A DNA stretch of 64,000 nucleotides from Cetorhinus maximus (taxonomy: Eukaryota): positions 151,342,001 through 151,406,000 of the forward strand of contig NC_135880.1 in assembly GCF_964194155.1 (NCBI RefSeq), given 5' to 3'. Positions 10,726 to 23,570 of the stretch are shown here, one piece after another. Position 1 is the first letter of the stretch; every line of letters starts with the position of its first letter. The position numbers were made by a program, and so were the translations under genes. Below the pieces are notes generated by a model, which was given only the letters and a program-made list of their open reading frames with translations, ran no database searches and was not told the origin of the DNA.

Positions 10726-13700
10726 GGGGCTATGGTGTGGTGGTAATGTAACTGGGCTAGTAATCCAGAGAACTAGGCTAATGCTCTGGGTCATGAGCTC
10801 AAATTATACCCTGGCAGCTGGTGGAATTTAAATTCAATTAATAAATCTGGAATTAAAAGCTAGTCTAATGGTGACAATAAGTCAATTGTCTTAAAAAAAA
10901 CCATCTGGTTCATTAATGCCCTTGAGGGAAGGAAACCTTCCTTACTTGGTCTGGCCTACATGTGACTCCAGATCCACAGCAATGTGGGTGGCTTTTAAAT
11001 GCCCTCTGAAATAGCCTAGCAAGCCATTCAGTTGTGTCAAATTGCTATGAAGCTTAAAAGGAATGAAACGGACGGACCACCCAGCATCAACCTAGGCAAC
11101 AAAATGACAACGGACAACCAGCCTGTCAACCCTGCAATGTCCTCTTTACTAACAGCTGGGGGGGTGTGTCCCAAAGTTGGGAGAGCTGTCCCACAGACTG
11201 ATCAACCAACAGCCTGACATCGTCATACTCATCAAATCATACCTTACAGACAATGTCCCAGACACCAACATCACCATCCTTGGATATATCCTGTCCCAAC
11301 TGCAGGACAGATCCATCAGAGGTGGGCAGCACAGTTGTACAGTCATGAGGAAGTTGCCCTGGGATCCTCAACACAGACTCCATACCCTATGAAGTTTCAT
11401 GGCAGGGTTGATTATCACCTGACGCCCCGTCTCAGCTGATGAATCAGTACTCCTCCATGTTTAGGACCAACCAAAAGAAACACAGAGTATCAAGGGCACA
11501 GGATGTACTCTGGGTGGGGGACTTCAATGTCCATCACCAAGAGTGGCTCGGTAGCACCACTACTGACCAAGGTAGCGGAGTCCTAAATGACATAGATGTG
11601 ACAGATGGTAAGGAAATCAACAAGATGGAAAAACCTACTTTACCTCGTCCTCACCAATCTGCCTGTCACAGGTGCATCTGTCCATGACAGTATACGTAAC
11701 AATATGTGTGGAGACAAAGTCCCACCTTCACATTAAGGATATCCTCCATCGTGTTGTGTGGCGGTAACACCATTCTAGATGGGATAGATTTAAACAGATA
11801 TAGCAACTCAAAACTGGGCACCCATGAGGTGCTGTGGCCCATCAGCAGCAGTAGAATTGTATTCAACCACAATTTCTAACCTCACGGCCCAGCATACCCC
11901 CACCTCTATCATTACCATCAAGCCAGGGGATCAACACTGGTTCAATGAAGAGTGCAGGAGGGCATACCAGGAGCAGCACCAGGTATACCTAAAAATGAAG
12001 TATCAACCTGGTGAAGCTGCCACATAGGACTACTTGCATGCCAAACTGTTGAAGCAGCATGCAATAGACAGGGTTAAAAGATCTCACAACAAAAGAATCA
12101 GTTCTAAGCTCTGCAGTCCTGCCACATCCAGTCATGAATGGTGGTGGACAATTAAACAACGAACTGGAGGAGGCGGCTCCATAAATATCCCTATTCTCAA
12201 TGATGAATGAGCCACGCACATCAGTGCAAAAGACAAGGCTGAACCATTGGCAACCCTCTCCAGCCCAGAAGTATCAAGTTTATGATACATTTTGCCTCTT
12301 CCTGAAGTCCCCAGCATCACAGATGCCAGTCTTCAGCCAATTCGATTCATTCCACATGATAGCAAGAAACGGCTGCAGGCACTGGATACTGCAAAGTCTA
12401 TGGGCCCTGACAACTTAAGCAATAGTATTTAACACTTGGGCTCCAGAACTAGCTGCTCCCCTAGAGAAGCTGTTCCAGTACAGCTACAACACTGCCAACC
12501 ACCTAGCAATGTGGAAAATTGCCCAGGTATGTCCTGTACACAAAATGCAAGACAAATCCAAGACGGCCAATCAGTAAAGTAATGGAGAGGGTCGTCGAGA
12601 ATGCTATTAAGTAACACTCAGTAATAACTTGCTCACTAGTGGTCAGTTTGGGTCCTGCCAGGGCCACTCAGCTCCTGACCTCATTACAGCTTTGGTCTAA
12701 ACATGGACAAAAGAGCTGAACTCCAGAGGTGAGGTGAGAGTGACTGCCCTTGACATCAAGCCGCAGTTGACCAAGTGTGGCATCAAGGAGCCCTAGCAAA
12801 GCTGGAGTTAATGGAAATCAAGGCAAAACTCTCTACTGGTTGGAGTCATACCTAGCACAAAAGGAGATGGTTGTCATTGTTGGATGTGAATCATCTCGGC
12901 TCCAGGGCATCACTGCAGGAGTTCCTCAGGGTAGTGTCCTAGGCCTAACCACCTTTAGCTGCTTCATCAATGACTTTCCTTCCATCATAAAGTCAGAAGT
13001 GGGGATGTTCATTGATGATCACACAATGTTCAGCGCCATTCACGACTCCTCAGATACTGAAGCAGTCCATGTCCAAACGCAGCAAGACCTGGACAATATC
13101 CAGTCTTGGGGAGACAAGTGGCAAGTAACATTTGCACCACACAAGTGCCAGGCAATGACCATCTCCAACAAGAGAGAAGTCAACCATCTCTCCTTGACAT
13201 TCAATGGCATTACCTTCACTGAATCCCCCAATATCAACAGCCTGGGGGTTACCATTGACCAGAAATAGAACAGGACCAGCCATATAAATACTGTGGCTAC
13301 AACAGCAGTTCAGAGACTGAGAATTTCATGGCAAGCAACTTACCTCCTGACCGCCCCAAAGCCTGTCCACCATCTACAAGGCACAAGTCAGGAGTGTGAT
13401 GGAATACTGTCCACTTGCCTGGATGAGTGTAGCCCCAACAACACTCAATAAGCTTGACACTGTCCAGGACAAAGCAGCCAGATTGATTGGCAGCACATCC
13501 ACCACCTTCAATATTCACTCCCTCCACCAACGATGCACAGTGGCAGCAATGTGTATCATCTACAGGATGCATTGCAGCAACTCACCAAGCCTCCTTTGAC
13601 AACAGGTTCCAAACCCATGACCTCTACCACCTCAAAGGCCAAGGGCTTGAGAACACCACTACCTGGAAGTTCCTCTCCAAGCCACACAGCATCCTGACTT

Positions 13701-14780
13701 GGAAATATATCACCATTCCTTCACTGTCGCTGAGTCAACATAGAACCATAGAAAAGTTACAGCACAGGAGGTGGCCATTCGGCCCATCTTGTCCATGCCA
13801 GCCTGAGGACACCCAGGTGCCCTTTCTAATCCCACCTTCCTGCACCTGGCCCATAGCCCTGCAGCTTATAGCACTTTAGGTGCACATCCAGGTACTTTTT
13901 AACAGAGTTTAGAGTTTCTGCCTCTACCACCAACTTGGGCAGCGAATTCCAGACGCCCACTACCCTCTGCGTAAAAAGTTCTTCCTCATGTCCCCCCTAC
14001 ACCTTCTGCCACTTATCTTGAATCTATGTCCCCTGGTTCTAGAATTCTCCACCAAGGGAAACAATTTTATCCTGTCCACTCTATCTATTCCCCTCATAAT
14101 TTTGTACACCTCAATCAAGTCACCTCTCAGCCTTCTTTGTTCTAAGGAAAATAACCCCAACCTATCCAATCTCTCCTTGTAGCTACACTTTTCTAACCCT
14201 GGCAACATTCTTGTAAACCTCCTCTGCACTCTCTCCAGAGCTATTGCGTCCTTCCTGTAACATGGTGACCAGAACTGCACACAATACTCCAGTTGTGGCC
14301 TCACCAGTATTTTATACAATTCCAACATTATATCCTTACTTATATATTCTATACCTCTGACAATGAAGGAGAGCATTCCATATGCCTTCTTTACAACCTT
14401 GTCTACTTGAACTGCTGCCTTCAGGGACCTGTACACTTGTACGCCAAGATCTCTCACTTCACCTACCCCTCTTAGTATATTCCCATTTATTGTGTAATCC
14501 CTGTAACTGTTTGACCTCTCTAAATGTATGACCTCACACTTCTCTATGTTAAAATCCATCTGCCACTTTACCGCCCACTCCACCAACCCATCTATATCGT
14601 TTTGGAGATTATGGCTATCCTCTACACTATCCACTACTTGGCCAATCTTCATGGAACTCCCTTCCTAACACCATTGTGGGTGTGCCTATAGTACATGGAC
14701 TGCAGCAGTTCAAGGCGGCAGCTCACCACCACCTTCCCCAGTGATGCCCACACCTCAAACAAATAAATAAAAAATAAAAA
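10726..14780 (+). mobile_element. Near full-length single-ORF APE-RT LINE (CR1/L2 group) with tRNA-like 5' head; interrupted by a CR1 at 13738-14650
   Basis: Endonuclease motifs KLGELSHRL..QPDIVILIKSYL and LWVGDFNVHH; RT motifs GVPQGSVLG, FIDD and MEYCPLAWM; A-rich tail at 14758-14780; cloverleaf-like head at 10729-10816. The ORF is broken. Confidence 0.88.
13738..14650 (-). mobile_element. Young 5'-truncated CR1 inserted into the LINE above
   Basis: Uninterrupted 230-aa ORF (13960-14652) with LVRPQLEYCVQFWSP and RRLRGDLIEVYKI; tail (CTATGGTT/CTATGTT repeats) at ~13738-13752. Confidence 0.92.
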
Positions 14781-14964
14781 GCAGGATAAATGGGGAACTG
14801 CACCAAATGTGGTGGGAACAATACGACAGATAGATCTCAGACAGTAGCTGCAGTATAAATAAATAAAACAATAAACCAAAATAAGTCTGATTAATTCGGG
14901 GTATGTGCTGATCTTAATTACAAAACTTGCTCTCCAGATTTAGAGTTTGATTCCACCTCCCTTT

Positions 14965-15310
14965 TTCTTTCTCAGCTCACTTACCTCTATCACTGTATTC
15001 TCCTCCAGTACCATAACTCTCCGAGATAACTGTGTACCTCTAATTCTGGCCTATTGTGCAATCCCAATTTTAATCACTCCACCATTGGTGGCTGCGTTTT
15101 CAGTTGCCTAGGTGCCAAGCCCTGGAATACTCTCACCTCCTTCCTTCAAGGCACTGCTTAAAGAGTACCTCTTCGAGCAAGCTTTTAGTCATTTGTCCTA
15201 ACATCTCCTTATATGGTTTGGTGTCATACTTTGTTTTATAATGCTCCTGTGAAACGCCTTGGGATTTTTTTACTAAGTTAAGGGCGCTATATAAATATAA
15301 GTTTTTTGCT
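14965..15310 (+). mobile_element. L2-type LINE 3' end
   Basis: ...TIGGCVFSCLGAKPWNTL-like coding end, then CTGTGAAACGCCTTGGGA..GGCGCTATATAAAT, the typical L2 3' stem-loop/tail. Confidence 0.7.
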
Positions 15311-15890
15311 GTTGCTCTCTTCTTAAATAGTCATAATTCTGTACTAGCATTTCATTTTTCAGATGGGCCACTAATGGTCACACTCAATCTGCAGCAGATG
15401 AACATTTGTAACACTTCAGAATTGGCCTCGACATAATGCTATTAGGTTAAAATACAGCTGATAAGGAGTCAAAAGCACACAATACACATGCTTTGGGAAA
15501 TTCAAATTCGATCCAGGTGAACTTTCTGCCTAAAATAGTTTCTTGCCACTTAGGTCAACTTGCAAAAATTCGGTTAAGACATTCTTAGGACATTTACACC
15601 TAATGTGTTGCGATGGCTTCACAAATTTGAGCCAAGAGCGGGGGATGGAGTTGGTACCTGCCAGGGAACCCACAACTAATTAGACAGCAGCAAGCTTGAT
15701 TGGCAGCTCACATGGGAAATTCCTGACATGCGGAGTTGGTGGAGAGTCAGAAGTCAACTTTAGACTCTCTCTCTGGCTGGGACAGAGACATAATTTGTAG
15801 ACACCAAGAGTAGAAGAGAGACAAAAAAATAGAACGTTATTAAAATTATAGTGCTGACTAGGTCCAGGGATTTAGTTTGTTAACAGGTAT

Positions 15891-16991
15891 GGCCTAGAAA
15901 ATGCTACAAAAATAATGGCGAGTTCACAGCACCTACCATTGTTACTGCATTAAAAACCCAACAATGCATAATGAGGAACAGATATGCCATTCGTTCTGAA
16001 TCACCACAAATTGACAGGTGGTTTGCACTGCTCCACTATTAGTCTGAAAAGAGCAACAGCCTTCAATGTCCCATGAGTGTCAAGAATCTTATGCCATTAA
16101 CACAAATTAATCTTCCATGGTTCAACTGGTCTTGCCTCAGAATTACAAGGTTCCAGATTCAAGTCCTACTCCATAGTTTGAGCACAAAAACCAAGACTGA
16201 TACTCCAGTAGCACTTAGTGAGTGCTGCACTGCCTTTTGGATGAGACGTTAAACTGAGGCCCCATCTCTCTGTTTGGGTGGATGTAAAAGATCCCAAAGA
16301 ACAGCAGGGGGAGTTATCTCCGGTATCCTGGCCAATATTCATCCCTCAATCAAGATTACAAAAACAGGTTATCTAGTCATTATCACATTGCTGTTTGTGG
16401 GAATTTGCAAATTGCCACATTACCTGCATTACAACAGTGCCTACACTTCAAAAAGTGCCAAACAAATGCAAATAGTTCTTCTTTTATTCCCCACAGACTT
16501 TTAGGGCTGGTATTTCATGTTGATGTTATACTGACCTTCAGTTACATAATTTATGAACCTGATATGAAACTAAACCTTCAGCCCAAGAAAAGGGAGCACT
16601 GAAACTGATGTCTCACTCCTGCAAGTAAGAAATTGTTACTAGAAGATTTTTAATTTTGTCATGTTCTTACTTGTCCTTTCTCTTTTTCTCTCTTTCTCTT
16701 GATCCAATCGTTCTTTCCCTCTCCTATTTCTCTTGCATTATCCAATTTAATTCCCATTCATCCTACTCTCCTCTCCATCATTTGTTTTCTTTCCTTCTGT
16801 ACCCTTTTTCATTGGTTAAGGAGGGAGAATGTTGGACCAGGCATTCATGAAGTTCCAGACATGACTGCATCTTTATCAATTCAAATTTCTAGCAATTTGC
16901 AGGGCAAAAACAATATAATCTGAAGGGTGATAAAAAAAAATCAATTCACAGTGCATGCCATGAGATGCATTGCTCCAGCAATTTCTCGGTC
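15891..16991. mobile_element. Harbinger-like MITE containing a nested Deu-SINE
   Basis: Left end GGCCTAGAAAATGC vs reverse complement of right end GACCGAGAAATTGC; flanks TAT/AAT. Confidence 0.55.
16115..16455 (+). mobile_element. Deu-domain SINE (SacSINE1/AmnSINE1-like)
   Basis: tRNA-derived head (B-box-like GATTCAAGTCC), then GGATGAGACGTTAAACTGAGGCCCC..GGATGTAAAAGATCCC..CCTGGCCAATATT, matching the Deu core as I recall it. Confidence 0.8.
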
Positions 16992-17994
16992 AATTGCAGA
17001 GGAAACTGGTGATAGCTAACTTGGGGGAATACATAGCTCAGCTCTGAAATGTGAGAATATTTAGAATTAAGCTATTCAGATTATTGTTTTGTTGGGCCAG
17101 AACTACAAAACTGCACTTCAGGAAACTGGCATGATATTGGTACAGGGAGGATATTGGACATCTGGGGTCAATGATAGAGGAGGATGCAATCAACTCTCTA
17201 TTTCTGCTAAATTCATGTGGCACAGTTCCAAGAATATTGTAGAAACACATGTCAAACAGATCTGTAATAATATACATAAAATAGAAAAAATTAATATTGG
17301 CTTTTTTTTTTAAACTTACCTCATTCTAGAAGTTGTTCCCTTTGAGTGAGGTTGCAAGAAATTTTGTTTTAAAGCAAGACTGATCAAATGACAGGAAATC
17401 TGTGAATTAAGGATCATCAGAGATTGCTCTCTACATAGTGTGTACCTGGACAGCAGTGACTTAACTTTCATCTAAATTTACAACAGCACATATGTTGTGT
17501 TGCAAACCTGATAAAACACTCAGCAGCTGCTACATAGGCTTTTCGATGAATGTCTCTACATGAAATTTTGAGAGCTAAAGTTCTTTGGGTTTCCCAACCT
17601 TTCCCAACCCAAACAAATTTCAAAAGCAATCATTCAACAGAGCGGTCCAGCTGTCCTTTGCTGTTATATCAAACCACAAGTTGAGCTTGCCAATAGACAG
17701 GACTCTGACATTCACTGTTCCATGTTATCTTGACTGATATCAGGTTTGGACATGACCCAAGGTCATGGGACACTAGTCCGTATGCTCTTTTCGTCTACCA
17801 AAAGGACCATTAAGCCTGGCCCTTTCAGTTAGGTAAAAGGATTGTGGAGTATGGTACTGAGCTATACCAGCCAAGACACATCCAAGATCAAACACACAAC
17901 TCACTGCTAAGTCAGTGAGGATGCTAAAATTGGCCTCAGTGTCCTACGTCTGCAGTAGAGGGAGAATCAACCAGGGTGTCCAGATCTTGATCAG

Positions 17995-18750
17995 GACATG
18001 TTGAGAAAGTGATTAAAAGGGCATATGGGATCACGGGCTTTATAATCGGAGGCTTTGAGTACAAAAGCAAGGAAGTTCTAATGAACCCCATAGCTACAGC
18101 ACGCTGGAGGTGGTTCTAAGTACCCAAGAGTGGGACTTCCATCTCTCAATCTGATTGGCAGCTCTAGCAGTCCCAGCAGCATTAGAACTCAGTAGTGGAT
18201 ACTGCTGGGACTGCTAGTAGGCCTTTGGATGAAGTTAACATGGATCCTGGAGATGGGCAAGTCCGGGGTTTTGGACAGGGGGAAAAAAATCGGAAAGCCG
18301 AGGGGGGCAAAGGGTGAGGGGCCAGGTGGTGAATGACAAGAAGAGCTTGGAGGGAGCGGCCCCAATGCGCACAGGGCACCTCTCAAAGGGCATATCCCCT
18401 CTTCTTACCTGCTTCTTAACCAGTTTTGTTAAAAAAAAAACCTTCCAACTCCCGCCTGCCTGCCCACACCAACTATATTACGGTGCAGGCAGCGTAATAT
18501 TTGGTTCAATGGCTTGTTAACAAGCTCAATTGCATGTTAATCATTTTTTCAAAATGCTGGGCGCCAGCCTAATGTTTTATGGGAAACGGGTCGGGGTGGG
18601 CGGGAAGGCTGAGTAGCCACCTGTCATATTTCACATGCAACCCCGCCCAAAACTCACCTGGTTCGGTGGGGGGGGGGGGCATAAAATCCTGCTCATGGGC
18701 TCAATGTGCCAAAAGGCCTCCTTCTGTACTGTGACTATTCTATGATTCTG
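17995..18750 (+). mobile_element. CR1 fragments flanking a Harbinger-like MITE remnant (~18100-18694)
   Basis: CR1 coding piece at 17995-18090 and CR1 tail at 18695-18750. MITE right end ..ATAAAATCCTGCTC at 18694; its internal sequence is related to 36243-36988. Confidence 0.6.
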
Positions 18751-19590
18751 TAATAAAAATAACTGCTCTGTAAATCATGCTTGTACCTCAACATCTGGAC
18801 AGGTTTATTACTTCCCAAGCATTTATATCATTTCCAGACAAAATTTATGGTACTTTCATGTTCAGCACCTTGCAGATATCAATGCATCAATGAAATATTT
18901 ATGTTCTTCCATCACAGGTTACTTTCATCAGCTTCTTGTTGAATATCACCATATGGCCCCTTTTGAAAGGACCTCAATTTATAATGTTTTGGGTAGAACT
19001 GCAAAGAGAATGGTCAGTTCATTTGCCATTTGCGTGCCTCATTTGTTGTGAAAGGTCATCTTATAAGAATTTTTTCCACACAGGTAAAATGGTCAAACAT
19101 GCTAATGTATAGATCCTGTCAACCTTTGAATTTCCAGGAATGTTCCTTGACTATCTGGTTTCCTAACCAGTCTGGGTTTGCGTGCTCTAGATTTTATGAT
19201 AAGCTGGACAGAAAATAGCTCATAACATCACACTGACACATTCTCAATATGCGTGGTATTTATATAACACTAGAGATAAGAATGATGGAGCAGCTAGGGA
19301 TTTTTGGATATGTAGGAAACTCCATTTATTCCCCAAAGCCTATCCACCATCTACAAAACACCTGTCAGACGTGCAATGGATTACGCTCCACTTGATTGGA
19401 TGAGTGCAGCTCCAACAAAAGTCAAGAAGCTCAACACCACCCAGGTCAAAGGAGCCCGCTTGATCGGCAGCCCATCCACCACCTTAAACATTCGCTCAGT
19501 CCTCCATCAGAGCACAGTTGCAACAGTGTATACTATATATAAGGTGCACTGCAGCAACTTGCTCCTTTGACAACACCTTTCAAACCCATG

Positions 19591-20209
19591 GGGAAAAATT
19601 TCCCCCCGTTGGGGGAGAAGTGCAGGAGCGGGTGGGTGTGTCTCCAATCAGCACCCCTGATTGGGGGTGCGCCACCATTTCACGTGGGCGGGCCAATTAA
19701 GGTCCACCCAGTGCGACGTCTGCCAGGAAGCGCTATGTGCTCCCTGTGCGGGTGGAGGGGGGGAGGATTCCCTCAGCCAGGAGTGCGCTCTTTTGAGCAT
19801 TTGCACGGAAGAGCGTACTCATCTCCCTGAGGCTAAGTGCTGCCTCAGGGAGGTCAGCTCTGAATTGAAATTTGCAATAAAAATGATAGAAACATTTCCC
19901 TCACATGTCCCCTCATGTGACACTGTTACATAAATTGGAACATGTCCATAACTTTAACTAAAACCTTTATTAAAAATGTAAATACCCTCATGAAACCTCA
20001 TCCCGCCCGATGGATGAGGTTTCATGCTTTTTCTGAAGCCTGCCAGGGCTCCCGGCCTTGCCCGCCAACTGACTCGGCTGCGCCCCCGCTGACCTGAAAA
20101 TGGAAATGACGCGGGGTGACATCGGGAGTTCCACCTGATGTCATCCCGCATTATTTTACGCGTCGGCGAGTGGGCCCTGTCCCCGCTCGCCAGCCGGAAG
20201 ATCCTGCCC
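19591..20209. mobile_element. Harbinger-like MITE with internal hairpins
   Basis: Ends GGGAAAAATTT...AAGATCCTGCCC. The ATG duplication (19588-90 / 20210-12) is confirmed against the uninterrupted LINE site AAACCCATGACCTCTACCAC at 13611. Confidence 0.85.
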
Positions 20210-20409
20210 ATGACGTCTACCACCTAAAAGGCAAAGACAATAGATGCATGGGAACCCCACCACGGGGGTAGATAGGAATGTAGAACTCAAAACACAAAGG
20301 GATCAGCCATGATTTTAATGAATGGCGGAGCAGGCCTTTGGAGCTGATTGGTCTACTTCTGCTCCTATTTCATATGTTCAATCCACACACCATCCACATT
20401 TGGAATTAT

Positions 20410-21680
20410 GGCCTGAATTTTTGCTGGGCTGGAGAGGGTCTCTAGCTTAGCCAGACTGGTGCCAGAGCTCTGATCCCAGGAGTCTTACCCCCAAACCAAG
20501 CACCCATTATTTTCGTCAGGGGTGTTGAAGAAACAAGGGCTGGTTGCAGTTTGCATATCCGTGGTTCCTGGAGGCAGCTACAGGAGTAAAAGTGCAGCTG
20601 CCTTCAGTTAGGTGCGATTTTTGTCACGCAGGTTTCTGAAATCTGACTTTTGGACTTTATACCTTCCAAGAGAAGGTCTAAATTTACCATAGTTCTTTGG
20701 GGAGGTAGGGTACCCTTTTAGAGATGTAAGGAACTCTTTTGGATAGGTCCAGGGACTCGTTTTGGAGAGGTAAAGTGCGTTTTGGGAGAAGTCAAGTGCC
20801 TTTGGGATTGTTAAAATTAGACACAAATGTGCGTAAAAAGTGGATTAACACATTGGAATTTAAGTTGTTAAGGCATTTAAATCTCATTGGAACTGTCAAG
20901 TTGTCAAGGCATTTAAATCTGCTGCCCTTTAAATTTTACAAAGTCTGCAGTTTTAAAAAACAATGCTTGCTATTTTGCTCTGTCTGTTAACGTACGCCTG
21001 AGTGTTACAATTATAGGATTTGTGCTGCATGGCTAATTTCATAACCTATCATTATCACAGTGGGGTGTCTGGTAGTTCACAGTTTGATTGACAGCTAAAA
21101 GTGTTTATAAAGTCTTTGATGTGCAGTTATGAATACAAATGCTTTTTGTTATAAAGGATTAAGCACTTGAATAAAATGCTTGCCTCTGAAGGGATTAAGT
21201 AGTTGAAGGAATTTAAACGTAGTGAATGTGTTTTTACCAATGAGAGTTTTTTTTTTAAAAGTCATCAATCAACAATTAGAACTTTATTTTATTTCATCTC
21301 AGCATGGCTCCAGAGGTCTGTCCATGGGATACTGCATGAGTTAGCATGGAAAATTTAACGGCAAAGGGTACATGAGTTGGCATAGGGGGCATGGGGAGTG
21401 TGTAGGGGTGTGAGGGGTGAGAGGGGTGAAGGCTGGAGGGCTGTTTATTTGTATTATTCTTTTTCTAACAAATCCTGGAGCACTAAGGTGGGCCTTTCAC
21501 ATAGCCCGCTTCTGCACCCAGCAGCCCCTGTGGCTATGACTGAACTCTTTCTGGAGGTGGTCGCCCACTTCCTGTTAACACCCACCCCCCCAGAACAAAA
21601 ATTAGACCATCCAGGCACTCTCTCTCAAGTTGGGTTTGCAAGTCGCGACTTTTCCCACCTCAGGAGTGAAAATCTGGGCC
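20410..21680. mobile_element. Harbinger-like non-autonomous element (1.27 kb)
   Basis: TIRs GGCCTGAATTTT / rc GGCCCAGATTTT; TAT TSD at 20407-09 and 21681-83 within collinear LINE sequence. Confidence 0.85.
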
Positions 21681-21805
21681 TATATTGCCATTCTTTCACT
21701 GTCACTGGACCAAAAATCAGAAGTTCCCTTCCTAATAGCATTGAGTTTATCTACAGCAGCAATTCAAGAAAGTGGCTCACCACCACCCCCTCAATGGCAA
21801 TTGGA

Positions 21806-23570
21806 ATCATAGAGTGATTACAAAACAGAAAGAGACTAGCTCTCTGCAAGAGAAAATCACCTGTCCCACTAACCTGTATCATATATCTGCATTTTTTTCT
21901 CTTCAGATAATTATCCAATTCTATTTTCAAGACTTTAGTTGAATCTGCCTCCACAACACTCTCAGGCAGCATATTCCTGACCCTAGCTGCTCACTGCATC
22001 AAAAAAATGCTCCTCAAGTTGCCATTGCTTCTTTTGCCAATCATCTTGAATCTGTATCTTCAGGTTCTCAATTCTTTCACCAATTGGAACAGTTTCTCCT
22101 TATCTACTCTGTCTAGGCCCCTCACAATTTTGAACACCTCTACTAAATCAACTCTTAATCTATTCTGCTGCAAGAAGAGGAACCCCAGCTTCTCCAATCC
22201 ATGTATAATTTCTAAAAGCTTTCCCATTTCTGAGGTTAAATTGATTGGCCTGTAGTTGCTGGGCTTATTCTTAGACCCTTTTTTGAACAAGTGTTTAACA
22301 TTTGCAATTCTCCAGTCCTCTAGCACCAGCCCTATATCCCAGGAGATTTGGAAGGTTATGGCCAGTGCCTCCACAATTCCCACCTTTGCTTCTCCCAGCA
22401 TCCTTGTATGCATCTCATTTGGGCCGGGTGGCTTATCAACTTTTAAGTATAGACACCCTATCTAATACGTCATCCATTTTGTGGCCATCTGTGTCTCAAA
22501 TAGCTCCTCTTACACTAAATCTTAGGCAGCATCTTTTTCCTTGACAAAGACAGGTTGTCAAGCAGTAAAATGGCCTATTTCTGCTCCTATGTGTGAGCCG
22601 CAAAGTACTCATTTAGTCCCTCAGCCATGCCCTTTTTGGTCCCTAATCAGCCCCACTCCTCCTTTTACTGCTCTTCTGTTATTTATATGCCTAGAGAAGA
22701 CTTTTAGATTTCCTTTTATGTTAATTACCTGTTTCTTTTCAAACTCTCCCTTTGCTTTTCATTTCTTTTTTCATTTCCCCCTGAGCTTTCTATAATCAGC
22801 CTGATTCTCAATTTCATTTTCCATCTGACCACTGTCACATGCACCGTTTTCTGCATTATCTAACTCTCCATCACTTTTGCCATCCAGAAAGCTCTGGATT
22901 TGTTTGCCCTACGTTTTCCTCTCATAACAATGTAACTCTGGTCAACTACCACCTCTTTAATGACAACCCATTGTTCAAATACAGTTTTGCCTTCCAACCT
23001 TTGATTCCAATTTATCTGGTCTAGATCTGTTCTCACCCTCTTCAAGAGGATGGCCTTCCCCTAATTAATTATTTTAACTCTTGATTGTTCCTTGTCCTTT
23101 TCCATACCTAACCCAAACCTTTTTGATATTAATGTTCCCCTTCTGACACTTGACTCACCTCATTCTCCAGAAACAGATCCAGCAATGCCTCCTTTCTCAT
23201 TGAGCCAGAAGTACAGATCTACAAGCACAATTCATAAACTTTTCCCCCTCTCTCTTCCTAGTATATCTAGCCTATTGTTCTTGCACCTCTCTGCAATTTC
23301 CTTGCAAATTTCATCCTCTATTTCTTTCCCACTAGTCGGCGGCCTATAGAATGTACCCAGTAGCGTAAAGGTATCCCTGTTGTTTCTTAACTCAAACCAG
23401 ATAGCTTCATGCCTGACCCCTCTAGGACATCGTTTCTCTCCAGAACTATAATGTTCCCCTTAAGTAATTCTGCCACCCCTCACCCTTTCTTTCCTTCCCT
23501 ATCCTTCCTGAACACCTTGCATTCAAGAATATTTCGAACCCAGCTCTGCCCCTTTTTGAGCCAGGTCTCC
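21806..23570 (-). mobile_element. Internally deleted CR1 LINE
   Basis: ORF 22060-22413(-) joins the RT N-terminal region (EDWRIANV..NYRPINLTS) directly to the C-terminal LEKLGFL..RLRVDLVEVFKI; endonuclease-region sequence runs to ~23570. Confidence 0.85.

Larger units (their letters stand above)
19325..21805 (+). mobile_element. 3' fragment of the APE-RT LINE family, split by nested insertions
   Basis: MDYAPLDWMSAAPT..KLNTTQ (19376-19570), then collinear pieces at 20210-20262, 20383-20409, 21681-21805 and ~23571-23630, matching 13350-13737 and 14650-14780. Confidence 0.8.

Noticed and set aside
10729-10816. Functional tRNA-Thr(AGT) gene
   Set aside because: T-arm/B-box is degenerate, the extra arm is oversized, there is no T-run terminator directly after it, and it is joined to retroelement sequence.
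17800-17992. Possible additional SINE (similarly 10110-10330)
   Set aside because: Looks SINE-like but is too degenerate and single-copy in this window to classify.
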